A stretch of DNA of 64,000 nt from Basidiobolus meristosporus CBS 931.73 (Eukaryota; Fungi; Basidiobolomycota). The DNA is taken from NCBI GenBank assembly GCA_002104905.1, contig MCFE01000228.1:58069-122068 (forward strand), written 5' to 3'. Below the pieces are notes generated by a model. The model did no database searches, was not told the DNA's origin, and saw only the letters and a list, made by a program, of their open reading frames with translations. This document shows, piece after piece, positions 61,361 through 64,000 of the stretch (positions within the stretch are counted from its first letter, which is position 1; each line of letters begins with the position of its first letter). The position numbers and the translations under genes were made by a program.

Positions 61361-64000
61361 TGTTATAAGAGTCTTGGAGATATTGGAAGTGATTGGGAGA
61401 ACAAGTAGATTATGTGGTTTTCACTTAATGATTTATTGAATGTAAAACTAGTATTTATACTTTTACATGGTCTTGGCATTACAAACACGTAGAATAGGTT
61501 AAGGAAGGTCCCAAGAGCATGTGTGCAAAGTTTGGGGCTGTTTGGACAACTTTGAGAATTTTCATGTTCTGGGTACCTGGTATTTTGGTGAAAATATTCT
61601 AAGTAAATCCCGACAAGGAATTTGGTCAGTATTCTCTAGGATTTGAAGGTGATGATCTAAGTGACTAAGTTAGGTGAATATTTAGGTGGAAATACAAATT
61701 TTTACAACACTCCCACTCAGCTAAATGTTCATACTGACTAGTCCTAATTTTGACCTAAGATATTCAAACTTGTCTCTAGCTAATGGTTTGGTAAATATGT
61801 CTGCAATCATTTCATCTGTAGGACGGTAAACTAAGCTAACTAAGTTATTCTCTATAGCTTCACATATGAAATGATGTCTAATATCTATGTGCTTGGTTCT
61901 AGCATGAAAAGTTGGATTTCTACCTAATTGTATACATCCTTGATTATCTTGAAATAAAGTAATAGGCGTTTTTTGACATAGGCCTAAATCTGTAAGCAGC
62001 TTTCTTAACCACATTGCTTCTTTTGTAGCTTCACAGGCTGCCATATACTCTGCCTCTGTGGTGGAAAGTGCTACGGTTGGTTGCTTTCTTGAATTCCATG
62101 ATATTGCTCCTTTACAGTAAAGAAAGGTGTATCCTGTGGTGGATCTTCTGTCTTCTAAATTTTGTCCCCAATCAGCATCAGAGTATCCCACAAGATCTTG
62201 TTCTGAGTCCTTATAAGTGTATCTTAAGCAAATATCAGCAGTTCCTTTTAGGTATCTAAAAATCCGCTTAACTGCTGCAATATGATCAGATCCATAGTTC
62301 TGATTATGTTGGCTGACAACTCCCACTGAATATGAGATATCTGGACGTGTTCCAAGCATGATATACATCAGACTGCCAACCATAGATTGATAAGGAAAAT
62401 CAGGGCTTTCAGATGGCACCAAGCTCTCTTGATTTGGTTGAGTTTTGACCAAGTTAAGGTTTGTCTCCATTGGGGTAGCTGCCGGTTTACAGTCTTCCAT
62501 TTTGTACTTCTTTAGTATATCTTGAATATACTTGGATTGACTTAGGGTGATAGTCTGGGTACTTCTGTCTATGGAGAACTTAATCCCTAAGTAGTAACTA
62601 AGTTCTCCTAGATTGGACATCTTGAACTCCTTAGATAGACTGGATTTAGTCTCTTCCAATGTTTCTAGGTTATTGGCGGCTATAATAAGATCATCCACAT
62701 ATAGAGCTAATAGAACTGGATTTGCTCTATCTGGCTTATAGTATATACTATAGTCAGCATTACTCCTTTTGAAACTCAAAGATTCCAAATAAGAATTTAT
62801 CTTGCAATTCCAGGCTCTAGGTGATTGTTTGAGACCATATAGTGACTTTTTAAGCTTGCAGACCAAATGGGGGTTATCTTGGTCAACAAACCCATCAGGC
62901 TGGTCCATATACACATCCTCATCAAGTTCTCCATTCAAAAATGCAGTTTTTACATCCATTTGATTAATAAAAAACTTATATTTGGCTGCAATAGCCAATA
63001 TTAATCTGATTGAATTAAACTTGGCTACCGGTGCAAAGGTCTCAGTATAGTCAAGTCCTTTTGTTTGAGAGTATCCTTTGGCTACAAGTCTTGCTTTGTA
63101 TCTTTCAATTGTACCATCAGCCTTGTATTTTGTCTTGAAGACCCATCTGCATCCAATTGATTTTCAGTTGATTGGTAATTTGACTAAGTCCCAGGTTTGA
63201 TTTTCCATCAGGGCCTGATATTCCTCAGTCATTGCAGATCTCCAAAACTTTGTCTGAGGGCTATTTAGGGCCTCTTTTACAGTCTGGGGTTCATCAATAT
63301 GGACTGAATAGGCATAGGCTAAGTTTGTACCCTTATTAATATAGTAATTTGGGCTATTTCTTGGCCAATTTGATCTCCGGGCATTTGATACTGGAATGAT
63401 CACTTCTGGGATACTCCTGGGCACTGATTCTGGCTGAACCATGGTTGTAGAGTGCTCTGGAGTGAAAAAATTTTCATTGTTTTGCTCTGATTCAATCCTG
63501 ACAATTGGTGGACTTGAGATCAAATTTTTGTCATCATCTGATATCATTTTTTGTGAAAATTTTGAATTTTCATCAGACAACACATCCCTGGACTTGATAA
63601 GCTTCTTTGCTTTGGTATTGTAGAGTCTGTATGCCTTACTCTCATTGCAGTAGCCCAAAAATATGCATTTTACACTTTTTGGCTCAAATTTTGACTGATT
63701 TCCGGCCATTTTTTTGGCATATGCTGTACACCCAAATATTCTTAGATGTTTTGCACTTGGTCTGTATCCATACCATGCTTCAAATGGAGTAGAATCACGC
63801 AGTACTCTGCTATAACTCCTATTTTTAAGATATACAGCAGTGGCAACTGATTCCGCCCAAAAATCATAGGATAATTTTTGATCATGGATCATAGATCTTG
63901 CCATATCAATTATTGATCTGTTAGCTTGTTCTGCTACTCCATTTTGCTGTGGGGAGTATGGTACAGTAGTCTCTTGCTTTATCCCATGAATTTTGCAGAA
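61361..64000 (-). mobile_element. Third copia family A copy (A3), 3' part; continues beyond the window
   Basis: 349-bp 3' LTR at 61361-61709; PPT; RT-RNase H open through 61721-62998; one frameshift near 63165; integrase C-terminus. Confidence 0.95.

Noticed and set aside
11377-63792. Many 60-110 aa track ORFs antisense to copia, gypsy and CACTA sequence
   Set aside because: They recur only because the repeats recur and show no protein motifs; they are treated as shadows.

Overview
Fungal genomic DNA: short spliceosomal introns with CTAAC branch points and a Zn2Cys6 factor; an early-diverging lineage is my inference, not established. Bases 1-9.4 kb are gene-rich with normal CpG: a Zn(II)2Cys6 transcription factor, a PET100-like gene, a 401-aa WxxxF-motif protein and casein kinase II alpha. 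From about 9.6 kb to the end is a nested, CpG-depleted transposon cluster. It holds three Ty1/copia families, Ty3/gypsy remnants, a very young gag+protease-only LTR element with apparently identical 804-bp LTRs, many CMC/CACTA copies (including a ~16 kb fold-back structure), a PIF/Harbinger-ISL2EU-type DDE element and its palindromic MITE. Inside the cluster is a ~1.4 kb AT-rich, CpG-retaining island (about 39660-41052). It carries an uninterrupted, 5'-truncated ORF whose motifs resemble the C-terminal part of the NCLDV early transcription factor large subunit, making it a candidate giant-virus insertion. All identifications come from reading motifs by eye; no database searches were run.
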